Assembly (NCBI RefSeq): GCF_964204645.1
Contig: NC_134028.1
Location: 1,922,001 to 1,986,000, forward strand
Length of the DNA: 64,000 nt
From: Tubulanus polymorphus
Taxonomy: Eukaryota; Animalia; Nemertea
Direction: 5' to 3'
The notes under the pieces were generated by a model that was not told where the DNA came from, made no database searches, and saw only the letters and a program-made list of their open reading frames with translations. Position numbers and translations under genes: made by a program. Each line of letters starts with the position of its first letter. Within the stretch, counting starts at the first letter, position 1. Positions 13,694 through 29,300 of the stretch are shown here, piece after piece.

Positions 13694-14058
13694 GTCAGTG
13701 GCATCCTCGCTTGCCAGGAAAAACGAGACTGGTTGCCGATGCGTAAATGTAGGTGGCGCAGATTTTGACAGGCAACCAGTCTAGTCGAATTGACCCAAAT
13801 ATTCTGGTGACATTCACCAAAAAGTTGGCTCGAATTTTGAGTTTTATGTCTTAGAAGGCAACAAAAATGTGAGTAAAACCGATGCTTCTTTTTCTTTGTA
13901 CCCAATTAATTAAAAGGACAAACTGCAACAAACAGTGCAAGTCCGTCCCATTTCTTAATTCATTCTTCCATTTATTTGCTGGAACAATTTTTTTTACTTT
14001 CACTTTCAGCGAATATTTCTTTCAGCAGATTGAAATATTTCATCGAGAAAAGCTCACC

Positions 14059-17000
14059 ATGTCGTCTAACGATGAACTCGATGAGAAACCGATGTTGATT
14101 CCGCCATCAGTTTTCGAGGAATTGACGAAAGCGACGCCACCTACTGGAAGAAAATCGAATAACAACAACGCCGCGAAACACGGGGGTGAATCGTGGAAGA
14201 CAATTCAATCGATGACCGATGAGTTGGTCGCCCTTAAACTCGAAAATCAAAAACTAAAAGATCAAACTCTGAAGTTATCAATGCCAGCCGCTAATGAGGT
14301 TAGTGATGATCGGCCTTGTCGGATTTTAATTTGTAAATATTATTCTCATTTTGTCCTCGTTTCCGTTTATTAGGAATTCAAAGCTCGAATAAACGTTCAC
14401 CACGAAAACGCTGCGAATCCTCCTGCGGCAGTCGATGTTAGATCACCGTGGGAATACCACCACCTCAACGAGATCATCAGTCGTCAGGCGACAGAAATCG
14501 CGGAACTACGGTTAAACCTCGATCAGGTGATCGCACTACGCGCCTCGCTAGTTTTACACTGCTTAAACTAACATGATTTTTTTTACCGTGAAAAAATATG
14601 AAATGAGTACATGGTCCCTATGACTGCTTGATTCCTTAAAAACTCCTAATTAATGGAAAATGCTTTTAAAGGTGTTTGAAATTCCTTTAATTTGATAAAA
14701 GAGTTCGCCCCCTATACATGCATACCAATATCACCACTGCCCTTTTTCAGGTAAATCGTGAATATCATAGAAACACTGAGCAGATGGAATCAGAAGTTGT
14801 TGAAATGCAGAGAAAAGTTCAAATTCTCGAACACGAAGCTGAATTGAGTAAACAAAAATGGTCGCTTGAGGTAAATACCAGAAAAATTAGAATTCAAACA
14901 ATCTTTGGTGAGAATTATCTGACGGCATTTATAGCCACATTTCACTGACATTTTTCATTCCATGCACTCATATTATTTTTTACACACTCGTCATTTAAAG
15001 ATTGAATCTGTACAAAATGCGGTCGCGTCGGAGAAAACTGGACTCGCTTCGACGATCTCGCGATTAGAACTCGAACTAGAAAACAAGGAGAAAATGTTCA
15101 AAAACGCCGAAACAAAACAACAATTCGAGATGAAACGTTTAGAAGAGGAAACATCGAGAACTGTTCAGAAACTGATGGCTGATATTGAGTAAGTTTCACC
15201 CCTATGAGTAGCTTGAGGTTGGCAGGATGGCATTTACCTGGAAATTAGGGAAAAGTGAGAGAAGTCAGGGAAATTTGTGGAGATAGTTATACCGCGTATA
15301 TCATCAAACAGTTTCTGTCTATGTCTTAAGTATTTGACAATTAACTGATTGGATTCTTAGCAGATTAAATCAGGGAAAACAAAGTACATTTTAGGGAGAA
15401 GTCAGTTAAAAAAATCATCTAAAAGCGGACACCCTAGTTGCTTGTCTTATCCCAACCCTCCTACTGGTCGGTAATATTAGCTGTTTCTATACTCAAAGGT
15501 CAAAGAATATAGAGTCGAAAGATTTACAGTGTCAGCTCGACCAGTTGAAAACATATCTCGGAAATTACATCGATCAAAACTCAGTTTGTGATTCGTGGAC
15601 GAAGGACAAACAAAAACTGGAAAGTACGATCAAGGAGCTCGAGTCGACGAAACAATGTTTGGAGAAAGCTAACGAATTATTGAAAATCCGTCTTTCGGCT
15701 CTCACTAATATTCTTACCATTCAAGAAAACGAACTATCAAAGGTTTGTTGGAAGATTTCTCGTGTTGACGGGGATGAGATATCTTGTGATATTTTAGATT
15801 TTTCATGTTATCTCCTTATAGTCACAGTTGGATCATGCAGATAAAAGCGGTGGTATGTGTTTACTCACCAGGTGGCGTGAGAAAGTGTTTGAATTGATGG
15901 TTCAACTGAAGTCATTCGACATCAGTTCAAAACATGACTCCAACAATATCAACCGGAAGGTAAATCTAATAACCGTATAGCCAAATATAAAAAATCATCA
16001 TCATCAGAATGAAGATTATTATTTTTAAACATAGATTTATTTATAAACAAATGGTTTGTTGTTCTTATTGTAGTTGAGCGTGTTGGAGTCGAGTTTATCA
16101 GCGGCTAAAAATGAGAACAATCGTTTGCAACATTGCCTTCAGGATAAACAAGCAGAAGTTGACATCGAAAAAAATAATGTCAAGGTTAGTTTGACAGGTA
16201 TATAGGGTATCATGATATGTCTGCGATGAAGATTGGTTTAAAGCTGGAAACTAGCGCGAACTAGTGCTATGACTGAAATTTTACCCGTGACTCTGAATAA
16301 GTGAGATTTAGTGGTTTAACCATTTGTCTGCATATTTTCTATTTTCACAGTGTATTGAGATTGAGTTAACCAGGGCTCAGCAGATCGCTTTAACTTTGGA
16401 CGATCAAATAAAAGAAGACAAAACAAACATCAAACAATTACATCAGTTTATCGAGCAGTAAGAGAATGTAGTAAATTTCTGGTAATGCGATGATAAAGAT
16501 TTCTATCAAGTTTTGCAAATCTTTTTATCCGTAGCATCGTAGAAGACTTCCACTCGGTAAACGAAAAATTGTGCGAATCCGAAGAGAAATTGATTTCGTA
16601 CGATAAACGTTTGAGATTTGCGGTGAAACGCGTTGCTATGTTACGAGGCCAAATGTTGCGAAGAGATGCATTAGAACGATTGAAAGCTAAAGATGAAACA
16701 CAGTCGCACAAGGATGCAGAACATTCACGGAATTCATCAAGCCAGTAAGATATTAACCAGTTCCTCTGTAGACTTCTATTTTTTTAAGGGATCATTCATT
16801 TATTACATACACATAAAGTTTGAATTTTTCAAATTCGGGTTTGAATTTCATATACATTAAGCATTACAGTACGCAACTGCGCTGACCCCCCCCCTAATGC
16901 GTACATAATAAATTGATGATCCCTAACTGGTTTTAATTGAAACGACCGAAATTTTGTCTGTTGCTGTAGGTTCTGCGTAGATACAGCTACCGAACTTGAA

Positions 17001-18420
17001 CGAGTGACTGAAGAACGCGATAGACTGACTGATCAGATCACCAGTGACTCTAGATTACTTCAATCAAAGATACAAGAAGCTCATGATACATGTACGCGAA
17101 CTACTTGATCATTTGCATTTGAAAAATTTCGTGTAACTTAAGATTTATCACTGTGTTATTATTTGAAGAGAATGGTATCCAATGTTGAAATGAAGTTCTT
17201 TTCTCATGTTCTTATGAATTTCTATTTTCAGATGCGAATAAATTGACTGAACTGGAATCCGATACCAGCCGTTTACAAATCCAACTTGATGCAAAAATTC
17301 AGGTAGATTTCACAAAATAATCAATTGCTGCATTTGCGATGAATCGAAATTAAATCAAATTAAATCAATTGTTATATGTTTTTTTGTTGTAGGAGTGTGA
17401 GCGTCTGAATTCATTAGTGGTTGAGAAAGTCGGCGAAATCGCAGCGACTCAACAACTCGTCGAAACATTGCGCAAAGAATCTCAACTACAACAACAAAAT
17501 TTTGATAAAGGTCGGCTATTAAGTGTGAAATTTGAATCAGTGAGAGTTACTGGCAGCGTTTGAAGCATTGCGAAACTGACATTTCTCTCTTAATCTCATT
17601 TTCTAGTGATCGAAGATGTGGAAAAGAATAAGGAGACCGAAATGACAGAAAAACTCAGCGAAATGGAGAAAAATTTGAATGAATTACGTAGAGAACATGC
17701 TAAAGCTGGTGTGTTTACTTAGTAACACGTGGTCTAGTGAATTCAAATATTAGATTTTACGACTGTTTACAAAATAGTGCTAACGTCCATTTGTTTAATC
17801 GTAGTTGTGTCGATGCGTCAGATGGAGAGACAGTTAACCAGAGAAAAAGAACGAGCCACGGAACACGAACGCGCAGTTGAACTGAGACATCAACGAGAAC
17901 TAAACAAAACTAATACACAACTGAAATCTTTAGAAAAAGAGCGCAACCTGTTGATGGTTTGTTTTATTCTCTTACGTAAATAGTCAAACCCGTATATATA
18001 CTGCCTACATCGTGATTTTGGTGGTATAAAGAGTATGGTGGTTAAAGTGGTTGGTTTTGACTAGTTGTAAGATAAAATACTGATATTCTATTCTCCGAAA
18101 AAATTTGTTTTATCAAGAGGTGATGTATGAGGGTTTGACTGTCAATCAAAAGCACAATGATTCCAGAATTTATTTTGAAATTGTTAATTCCTTTCAATGC
18201 ACAGGCTACTTTAAGACAAGAAGGGCTTTTGAGTAAAGCCAGACGAGCTCCTGCAGTTGGTACAACATCGGCTACAACTGTTGCGGAGACAACGAAAGAT
18301 GATCAACCGCAAGAAGAGCAGCGGATTGATTTGAATACCAGTAAAGATGAGGACGAAGGAAAGCCTTCTGTGCATGATCTGCTGGAAGATCTTAAAACTC
18401 TGACTGAAGATGATCCTTAA
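14059..18420 (+). CDS. CCHCR1: Coiled-coil alpha-helical rod protein 1-like, many exons
   Basis: N-terminal LIPPSVF, RLSALTNILTIQENEL, TRWREKVFELMVQLK, ELRREHAKAVVSMRQMER, LEKERNLLMATLRQEG; coiled-coil composition; 5'UTR intron 13868-14025. Confidence 0.85.
14612..14700 (+). repeat. Dispersed repeat fragment (copy 1), likely DNA-transposon derived
   Basis: GGTCCCTATGACT...TTCCTTAAAAA...GGAAAATGC.TTTAAAGGTGTTTGAAA.TCCTTT recurs at about 21832-21920. Confidence 0.65.
15215..15435. mobile_element. Degenerate TCAGGGAA-rich non-autonomous DNA element (hAT-like)
   Basis: Repeated (T)CAGGGAAA/GAGAAGTCAG subterminal motifs, ends GGACACCCT; related TTCCCTGA-rich tracts at about 26000-26040 and 44610-44900. 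Confidence 0.4.
16788..16923. mobile_element. PIF/Harbinger-type MITE with TAA TSD
   Basis: TAA|GGGATCAT(T)CATTTATT...AATAAATTGATGATCCC|TAA; a truncated relative lies at 38717-38813. Confidence 0.8.
17981..18141. mobile_element. Degenerate Tc1/mariner (pogo-like) MITE
   Basis: AGTCAAACCC...GGGTTTGACT terminal inverted repeat inside the last CCHCR1 intron. Confidence 0.45.
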
Positions 18421-18792
18421 ATATCCACTTACTTCAAATTCCTGCATTTAATATTTATCTACTAGGCTGGCACCTGGAGTTTGAAGAGAAAAATTGAAAT
18501 ATTGTTATGTGCATTATATTGTATTGATTTGAGATAGGGCTGGTCCCTAATTCACCGTTTAATAAAGAAACTATGAATGAAAAAGTGTCTCCTTTTCACT
18601 TTCTAGGCTCTTGGCAGCTCAAAAATGGATTGGAATTTGCTATTTTTGTACAGCTTGGATAATCTTCCAGCCTTCTAGAGGCATGAACCTTAATGATATC
18701 TGATGGATGTCCCCCGTCGCCCGAAACAACATTTTCAGCAAATCCTCGAAAATCAATGAAATAATCATGAGATTTTGAAACTTCATTATACT

Positions 18793-20027
<1,235 letters not shown>

Positions 20028-22503
20028 ATGGCGACTGGAGCATTATTCGGTGGTGCGACTGGGGCTCGTTCCCAAAGTCAAAATCTGGTTGAATTCAGGG
20101 CTGGTAAGATGTTTATGAGGGGTAAGATGGTTCATCCAGATAAGAGGAAGGGTATGGTTTATGTTTATCAGTCGGATGATTCGTTGATGCATTTCTGTTG
20201 GAAAGATCGAACCAGCGGAGTAGTCGAAGACGTAAGTTTTCAATTCAATTTCAATCAAATTTGCTGTGTCACTGCTATCTAAATATCAATCTTACAATCC
20301 AACCTAACCATAACACTATTCTTTAATTACACTTGCGCCCTACACACAGTTGACCTGCTAAACTTGAAAAATAATTTGTCCATATTTTGTATTTTTTTCT
20401 TTTTTAGGATTTGATAATTTTTCCCGATGATATCGAATACAAACACGTGACTCAATGCACTACCGGACGCGTATATATTCTGAAATTTAAGTCATCGAGC
20501 AGAAAATTCTTTTTCTGGATGCAGGTATGGCTGTTGAAATCTCGCTAATAAGAAGAAATTCTTGTGATTGAATTTCCATATAATGTTGGTTTTTTTAATG
20601 TTTCAGGAACCGAAAACAGACAAGGACGACGAATACAGACGTCAAGTTAACGACTTTCTGAACAATCCTCCAGCTCCGGGCTCCAACCGTGGCAGTTCTG
20701 GAGCGGGTGGTCTCGGCGGCAGTTTACCTCCGGAATTAGCCGGACTAGGTAAGAAGATGATTGTAGGACTTGAAGCTTTTCATTTACTCTTCCACATTTA
20801 CGTTTTTGGTCTCGCCGTTCTGTTGAAATAGATACATGTGCATCGCTGAATGTGGCTTTTGAGCAACATTGATGTGAATTGCTCAGTAGCACAAGTCGCA
20901 ACTTCTGCAAGTGGTTCTGATCAATAACAGTATGCACTAAAGAACGAGTTCTTGCGACTGTAGTGAACTGATATAAATCTCAGAGTTAACGAATAAAAAC
21001 CCAATGTACACATTATTGTATTTTTTGTTCCTCTGAAGATGAGGTTTAGTTTAAACCTCGAAACTGTGTGGAAATAAAATGTTTCTACAGATCTAACTGT
21101 GGTTTTTATTCATTAACAAGTTCTTCTATTGTGTAATCGATGTTAATCATGTGTTTGAATCTATTTACAGCTGGTGATGGAGACATCAATAATTTACTGA
21201 GTAACATGAATCAACAACAACTGATGCAACTTCTCAGTAAGAAATTCAAACTCGTTAATTTAACTGACCTTTCTTCGAGATCAAATAAAAATGTGTGTTG
21301 TATTATAGGTGGAATGGGAATGGGAGGCGCTGGAGGTGGTGCTGGTGGGTTAGGAGGTTTATCGTCGCTGATTAGCGGACGTCCTAGTAGCGCTCAATCT
21401 ACCGATTCGAATACTACGTAAGTTGTTGAATTCTCCGATAAACGATTCTTATGAAACGTGTTTGTTTGATTGATTGTATTTGTATAATTCTAGTCCATCG
21501 CGAGCTCAGTCGTCTCCTGGAGGTGCTCGTACGAACACGCTGAATGTGTCTGACTTATCGCGTCCGGCGACGACTGCCGCGACTCCGACCGCTGCATCCG
21601 GGACTGGTGCAACGTCGAGCAGTTCGAACTCGGCCACTCCGAGTCGACAACAGATTCAACTCAGCGACTTGCAGAATATTCTCTCTAACATGACTGGTAA
21701 TTATTATGACTGGTTGTGAGCCATAACAACCTATCAAAAGGCCCTGGCCATCTAAACTAAACGAAACATTATATTTTCGAGGCTAATACAGTCACAACAT
21801 TCTGAATTCACAGCTTTCCTGTATTTAACGGGTCCCTATGACTCATTGGTTCCTTAAAAAGCACCGTCAAAACGGAAAATGCATTTAAAGGTGTTTGAAA
21901 CTCCTTTGATTTGAATAAAATGCCCAAAACTCCTTTAAAACTCCTTCAATTTTGAGAAATAAGCAGTTGGAGAGAAATCAAGACTGAACTGTATTTGAAT
22001 TAAGTGGGTTTCATTGTACTGATATTTATTGCTATTTTCAGTGCCGTCAACGCCTTCTTCTGAACCGATCGATTTGTCGAAAGCTCTCGGTCATGAAACG
22101 TTGATTCCATTGCTGGCGAATCCCGAGGTTCAAGAACGTCTGATCCCCTTCTTACCCGAAGGCGAAACATTGCCGAAAACCGCAGAGGAACTGCGGGCTA
22201 CTGTCCTGTCACCACAGTTCCAACAAGTAAGTTCAATCGAGTCCCCAACTGTCTCGATATGAAGGTATCCCTGGATGGAGTCTGTTTAACAATTACTTAT
22301 CTATTATTACACAATAGGCTGTGACGACGTTCAGCTCTGCATTGGCATCCGGTCAACTGGGTCCATTGATCAGTAATTTTGGATTAGGTGATGAGGCAGC
22401 AGCTTGTGCTACGGCGGGAGACGTGGAAGGATTCGTCAAAGCCGTTCAAGAATACGAGGCTAAACAAAACAAAAACAGTGAAGAGAAAATGGATGATAAT
22501 TAA
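20028..22503 (+). CDS. ADRM1: Proteasomal ubiquitin receptor Rpn13
   Basis: Pru domain LVEFRAGKM...[38 protein letters not shown]; Gly/Ser linker; DEUBAD region SPQFQQA...[13 protein letters not shown]. Confidence 0.97.
21025..21080 (+). ncRNA. Penelope-type minimal hammerhead-ribozyme-like motif (probably degenerate)
   Basis: CTGAAGA-T-[GAGGTTTA gtt TAAACCTC]-GAAAC; TTCC/GGAA could form stem I; cleavage triplet looks mutated. Confidence 0.5.
21832..21950 (+). repeat. Dispersed repeat fragment (copy 2)
   Basis: Similar to 14612-14700. Confidence 0.65.
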
Positions 22504-23397
22504 ATCTATTGTAAAGCTCTATTTAAAACAGGGCTCTGTAGTTTAGATCATTAATACCTGTTATCGTATGTTGAGACCAGATACAATATCTCAAATAGCT
22601 TTCATATGTAATTCAATGATGATTTTGTCTATCAGCTTTCTTAAGATTTCCCATATGCAGAGCTGCCTACTGTCCTGAAAGATTGTCCCTGATGTGTAAT
22701 TGATAGGTCTGCATTCATCTGTAATAATGGTGTCAACTAATATATGTTAACTGCAGTGGAAGTTAATGAATAATAAATATTCAATGTTCAATTATATTTG
22801 TTTGCTCGTCTTGGTTATTTTCATTTCTTGTACAGCAGCACCCTGCAATGTTGTACGCTCTGAGAAACGCAAGGAGTATCCCTATTGGAAGTGGATGATT
22901 TGCCATCGTCATTTGACTGTATTCCTCGCATGCCGCAGTAAAGTAGCAAGGCTGTATTACATCTTAACCGGATCAGCAACGAGATCAATGAGTTAAAGAC
23001 GAAATTCGATAAAAAAATCACGTTTATTGTAAAATGTTACAATTGAATGAGAAAAATCTGATATGAGCCAATGTTACACACAATTACATGCATTCTATTG
23101 TAGCCACAGGCATTAAGTACTAAACAAATATCATTTAATAACTTTAATCATTAATAAGACGTAGTCCGAGTCATAGTTCAATGAATTTCAATATACATAT
23201 AATCAAAATTGACTAGAAAATGATGGACTGAAATAACACACTATTTTTGCATCCGAGGTTAGTTACTGGTATGAGATTTTATAGTTGATTCTATTGATGA
23301 GAATTTTTCGTCCCAAAACGAACAATAACAGCCTGTTTTTCAGCCCATGTAAAATACCCTGAGATTCGTTTGGTTGTGGCAGTAGCCGACGAACTGA

Positions 23398-26300
23398 TCA
23401 CCTAAACGCAGTTTTTAAAGTCCACAAGCCAATTCCACCCATACGTTGGAACGTACAGATTTGATTGAGCATCGCTTTAAATTTCACCGAATCCTGAGTC
23501 GGCAAACGATCGCCGAAATGTTGTATAATATCCTGAGTAGTTGCCTGTCCATCCATTGTACTTCCCTGAAACGCGACGAAACAACGTAATTCTTCGATAA
23601 GCTCTTGATCGACTGAATCTACGTTTTCTCTCGTAGTTGCTGCGCGCTCTCCTGATTGTTCTTCCTCGGAATCCGATTGAGTAACACGATGATTTCTAGC
23701 TCTCATCGAAGCTAACAGATTTGACGACTCCACGGTTTCCTTCGTCGCGGCTGCAGTTGATTTCGAAGGACTCAATAAAGTGCTCGCAGTCGTTGACAGT
23801 CCGGACTTCTCTCCATCAAATAGTTTTGGTTTCTTCAAGAAAGATGGCATCTTTTCCTAAAATGGATGATTAAACATTGTGGTCTTAAGATTTTCCATTC
23901 ATTGAAAGTAGGGCTACTTGAGATGAGTGAGCCTTGATCTGTGTTACTCCAATAATGGCAGTTTTTACAAAGGGAATTTCCTAAATTCATTTGTGTAATA
24001 TTTGACCTAGATAACACTTACTTTTGGTGGTTTTGGTAAAGTGCTCGTAGCTTGTGAAGTCGGAATCAACCCAGTGATTTGAGAATTCTTCTTTCCACCG
24101 AATTTTGGTCTGTAAATAAAGAGTTGTGAAGCGCTAATGAGGAGTTCAATTTTCAGAGAGTTCGAAGCGAATCAAGAGAGTATATTCCTGCAGCACAGTA
24201 AACGACGGAGCGTCTAACTTACTTTTTCATTCCTGGAGCACCGCTGATACCGGAGTTACCGGTCCACGTTGGAACACCAGACGATGCGTTCATACACCGA
24301 GAACGCGATGATTTCAGAGCGCGTGCCGCTTCTTTAGCAACGCGTTCGGCTTCAGCCTCGACCAGTGCATAATCGGCATTCGACGATTCCATGATCGCAT
24401 CGTGTTTAAGAGCACTGTGAACACCTATAGAATACACAGATTAATAAACACATTATCAAACTCGTGACAGATCGTAATAAAATAATCAATTTATTACAAT
24501 GGATTAGATTTTTTAATTTGTATATATTCTGGCAGACTGAAGGATGAATTTATTCCATATTTACTGGCAGCAGCTCACCAGATTTTTTGAATAGTCTCCG
24601 AAGCACGTAGTCATCTTGTAAACTACTAGATTTCTCATCCTTATCAGCAGATGGTTTCGCGTAATCCTCGTGTTTGACCAAGTTTGAAATAGTTTCTCCT
24701 TCGAACACTGCAAAATTAAAATGAAAATATAAAACATGCAAATTAATGTAATATTGGAGCATGAAGCCTCACTCTGGATCTACCTGCATCGCGCTTCTTC
24801 TTTCTCTTTTTCTTTTTCTCCTGTTTTTCTGGTTTCGGTTCTTTATCTCCAGTCGCGGTGGTGGAAGAAATGTCCCCTGTGGCAAGTTTTTGACTGAGTT
24901 TTCGCGCTAGTTCTCGCATTTTCTCCATTTTTGAATCGGAGAACGCTCCCCTCACATCCTCCTCATCGCTGTCTATTTCTTCCGTCTGCTGAGCCGAACC
25001 TTTCTCCTTCTTTTCGCGTTCTTTACGTTCTCGAATGAGATCAAACCTAACAATTTCAAAATATCCATGGAAAAATGGAAAGGGTGACGTAAATAATGAA
25101 AACTTGCACCTGAAATTCTATATTTTGCCCAAAAACTCCAATATACCGTACCTGTTTTTACTTTTACCAGGTTGTGGTATTTTTACTCGCACATCGGACC
25201 CCGTTCCAGCGAATATTGCGCTCGTTTCGGTTCCATGTTTGTTGTTCTCCGAATTCAACGTGAATAACTCGTGCAGATCGTTGCTTTTGAAGAATCTACG
25301 TTGTTTCGGATCTTTCAGAATGCGATTCGTCAAGAACTGTTTGAAAATTTGCCTGGAAAAACAAAATGTTCACGTTTCAAGAACGAAGGAACAGGAAATC
25401 AAGCGGTCGAGTGAGAAGTCCAAACAAACTTCTCAAATAAACTGTTTTATAAAGCAATGAATGTCTTTCATACATTTGTACATAACACGCTGTCAGGTTT
25501 TCTGACATTCTTTTAAACACAAACCTATGATAAATCTTCTCTTCAATCGACCCAGTAGTCAATAGACGGTAAACTGTGACTTCTTTCTTTTGTCCGATAC
25601 GCCACGCCCGTTCTCGAGCTTGCAGATCCGTGCTCGGATTCCAATCTGGATCGTAGATTATGATTCGATTAGCACCCGTCAAATTCACTCCGAGACCGCC
25701 CACTTTCGTCGTCAGCAAAAAGACGAATATTGATTCATCCTAAAAATAGCCGAATTATGAGTATTATACAAACAAATCCATTAACTGACCATTCGATGAA
25801 TTTGAAGTAAAACCTACAGAGTTGAATTTGTTGATTAAAGATTGTCGCGATCCTATAGTTGTGCCTCCATCCATTCGCATGTAATTATACGCTCTTTCCT
25901 GAGTGAAATCTTCTAAGATATCCAACATCTGAAAGGCAATTAACCACCAATATTCTGAACATTCATCGAGTCTTTCAGGTTCTTGTCAAAATTTGTCAGA
26001 TTCCCTTAGTTATCCCTGATATTTTCTAGATTTTTCAGGTGAATATATTGACTATTTCTGTTACCTGTCTGCTTTGAGTGAACAGTAACACTCTGTGACC
26101 TTGCGTTTTCCAGATTTTCAACAAAGCTTCGATGACGATCATTTTACCCGATCGTCTCCAGTAGCCGAACTTACTCGTCGGAGAATTAGCGTTAAACTCG
26201 GCGCTGAAATATTTCGGTCCTCCGGTCGATAAATCCGGATGATTACAGATCTTACGTAACGTAATCAATCCAGGAAATACCTACAAAAACACACATGAAA

Positions 26301-29300
26301 CTGACATGTACATGTACTAGTACTTTTCAATAATTTCAATTACATATCCCTCATGCTTAGAACGTATGGAGGGACAAGATTTACGAGTGAACATCCTCTT
26401 ACCATATAAGTTCCCGAGAGGATACTTTGGCATTCTCGTGAGTCGAGGTACTCCTTATAAACTTCGCGTTGGTCTTCGGTCAGACGACAAAATAAAACTT
26501 GTTCGCTTTTCTTCGGCAACTGTATATTGTTCTGAACGTCTGCCTTCATTCTGCGCAGTAAATACGGGTTGATCGTGTCTCGTAGAACGCACGCGCATTT
26601 ATACGCCGTTTGCACCTGAAAATTCGGGAAATCTTTTTAGCGAAACTTATGAAAAAGATAAAACCCATCGCACAAATTTCTTATACGATACCTGAACGTC
26701 GGAAGCATTCGAATATCCGCCCTGAACGATCGGTATCGAAAAATGCTGCATGAAATCGGGTAATGTGCCGAGTTTCCCCGGAAACACGAAATCGAACAAC
26801 GACCACAGTTCCTTCAGATTGTTCTGTATCGGAGAGCCGGACAGAATGATCCTATGAGGAGTGCGAAACTGCGAACAAAAAGGAAGAGAGATATTTCGTA
26901 ATTAGAGATCGAATGTACAGAAGAGAAAAGCTACAAAATCACTTAAAATATTCACTGACTCTGAAGGAATATACTCAACACGTAGAAGGATTCTGATCCA
27001 CTAATAAGACAACAGATATCAAATCAATGATACCCATCAGCCAAAAAATAGTCTCCTACCTGTTTACAAACAAGTGTTGCTTGCGCATCAGGGTTCCTGA
27101 TTTTATGGCCCTCGTCCAATATGATGTAATGCCATTTGTGTTTGAGTAAGAGTTCTTGTTGTATGACTAACCCTGTGTATGACGTGATTAGAACACCACA
27201 ACTATTGACTATATTATAAATTAAATGATCCTAAAAAAGAAAACAGTTAACGATTTTGGAATAAATTACCAGTATTTCTAGAAAGAAAGCTAATATGACG
27301 ATAACTTCAGTACCTCAGATCCGGTGTATGAGCCAGTTGAATGTAATATCGCTACACGGAATTCAGGCCACCACGCGTGAAATTCACGAACCCATTGATG
27401 CATTACAGTTGCCGGACACACAATAATCACTGGACCGAGACCGGTGAATCTGTGGAAAAACGGAGTTCATCAAAATAATAATCCAAGCGTCTGACTATCA
27501 AATCATTCCCCGGGACCTTTATTTACCTGAAACGTTTATTTCGTAAATTGCTGTGTCTCAACGCGGCCAGGAATGAAATCATCTGAATAGTTTTACCAAG
27601 ACCCATCTCATCCCCGATTATACCTCCAGCCTGCTGACCGTGTAATTCCCATAGCCATTTCACACAAGTTTTCTGATATCTAATAACACAAAAATCACAA
27701 CAATTTCTTCGAGCATAATCGTGAAAATAATTTCTCAAAAATTGATTTAACCATGTAATTAAATAGAAGATTTGACAATCATGCTATTGATTATAGATAT
27801 ACAAACATTACTAACCTGTACAATTTCTTCCAGATTTTTGACGGAACAACAAACCCTCCATCAAATTCTGCATCATCCTCTTCATCGGATAAATCCTCTT
27901 CACCGGCTGCTAACTTTTCATGTTTATGTTTTAACTCGTCCTTCTTATGTTTCCTAAAGCGAGAACAAAATACAAATATCATGTCCGAGTCTATAATTAG
28001 ATTAAGAAGACAACAATCAGTATATAATATAACGTACTGGAGACGTCTAAGATAAGCTTCCCGATTTCCATCATCTTTAGAACGTGAAAGCGACGTTCCG
28101 GCTGCTCGCGGATCTTGTTCTTCATCACTCATATCAGCCGCAAGTGGTGGTAATTTACGTTTTTTAGACTTGAATTCGCCAGCCACCCGTTTGCGCTTTG
28201 CCGGACTTTTATTCATCATTTCATCTTCGCTTCCTGCAATTTCAAAAACACGTTTTCATCCCCAGTTTTTTTTTGTCAACCGGCAAACTGATGAAACACG
28301 CCGATATCTCAAAATTACCCGATTGTCTCCACTCCGAAGGATGGGGAATGTATTCCCCATCTTTCACATCACCTTCATCAGATAACGGATCTGGATCACT
28401 AATTCGTCCATCGCCTGAGAACGCGTGCTTCAATTTCGGAAATTTCGCTTTGAACGATTTATAGTTACTGAAATCTTTCTCGGTTTGAGTCGGGTTCTTG
28501 CTCTTTTTATCGAAGAAGTTGCCACCTGGATATTTCCGAACGAACTCGTCCGTCTTTGATTCACTCTTTCGTGATGATTGAGCACCTGATTTTGACTTAG
28601 GTTCACTAGAATATTTTCTGTCTCTAGTCACTTTCTCTTGTCCACTATTTTGTTTCTTTTTACTAGGGGTTTTCAACTGCTTTTTAGTCGAGGTTTTAGT
28701 CTCTTGTCCCAGGAGATATTTTTCGAAATCAGTCATCTCAGGTTTGGGTGGTTTTGGGGCCGGTATCGGTGGCTCCACCTGGGTATCGACTGCAAAGTTC
28801 ATTCGCGTTCCGAATGGCGTCATTTCTCCTAATCTTAGTAGACGTTCCTGCTCGGACTCCTGAGGTTGAGCTGAAATACCTGATAAAGCTTGCTCTAACA
28901 AATTATGAGATCCATCTAAAATAAAGAATTAAAAAAATTTCTCAATTTCCATTCATTCTTAATAAAGTCGTCGGGATAGCTTATCGATGAACACGAACCT
29001 TGTATCAAAGACTGATCTTCATCTTCAAGTGGACGAAAAGATTCATCGAGCTTCATCAGAAGTGACTTTTCCTTAGCTTTGATTTTCTTCAATTGTTTTA
29101 GCTGCAAAATCAAAATGAATTCTATAACTATCCACCATGTACCACGATGAAAGCGCGTAAGCACAACCATAACTATAAACTAGCGCATAGCACTGATAAA
29201 TCCGATAATAACCTTATTGTCTTTTTGACGAAGAACTGCCTCTCTTTTTCGTTTGACATCTTTCGGATTCATGGCAGGCGTTGGTTTCAATGTGGCTAGC

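Noticed and set aside
20850-20960. H/ACA snoRNA-like double hairpin in an ADRM1 intron
   Set aside because: Two hairpins are present but there is no ANANNA hinge or properly placed ACA tail.
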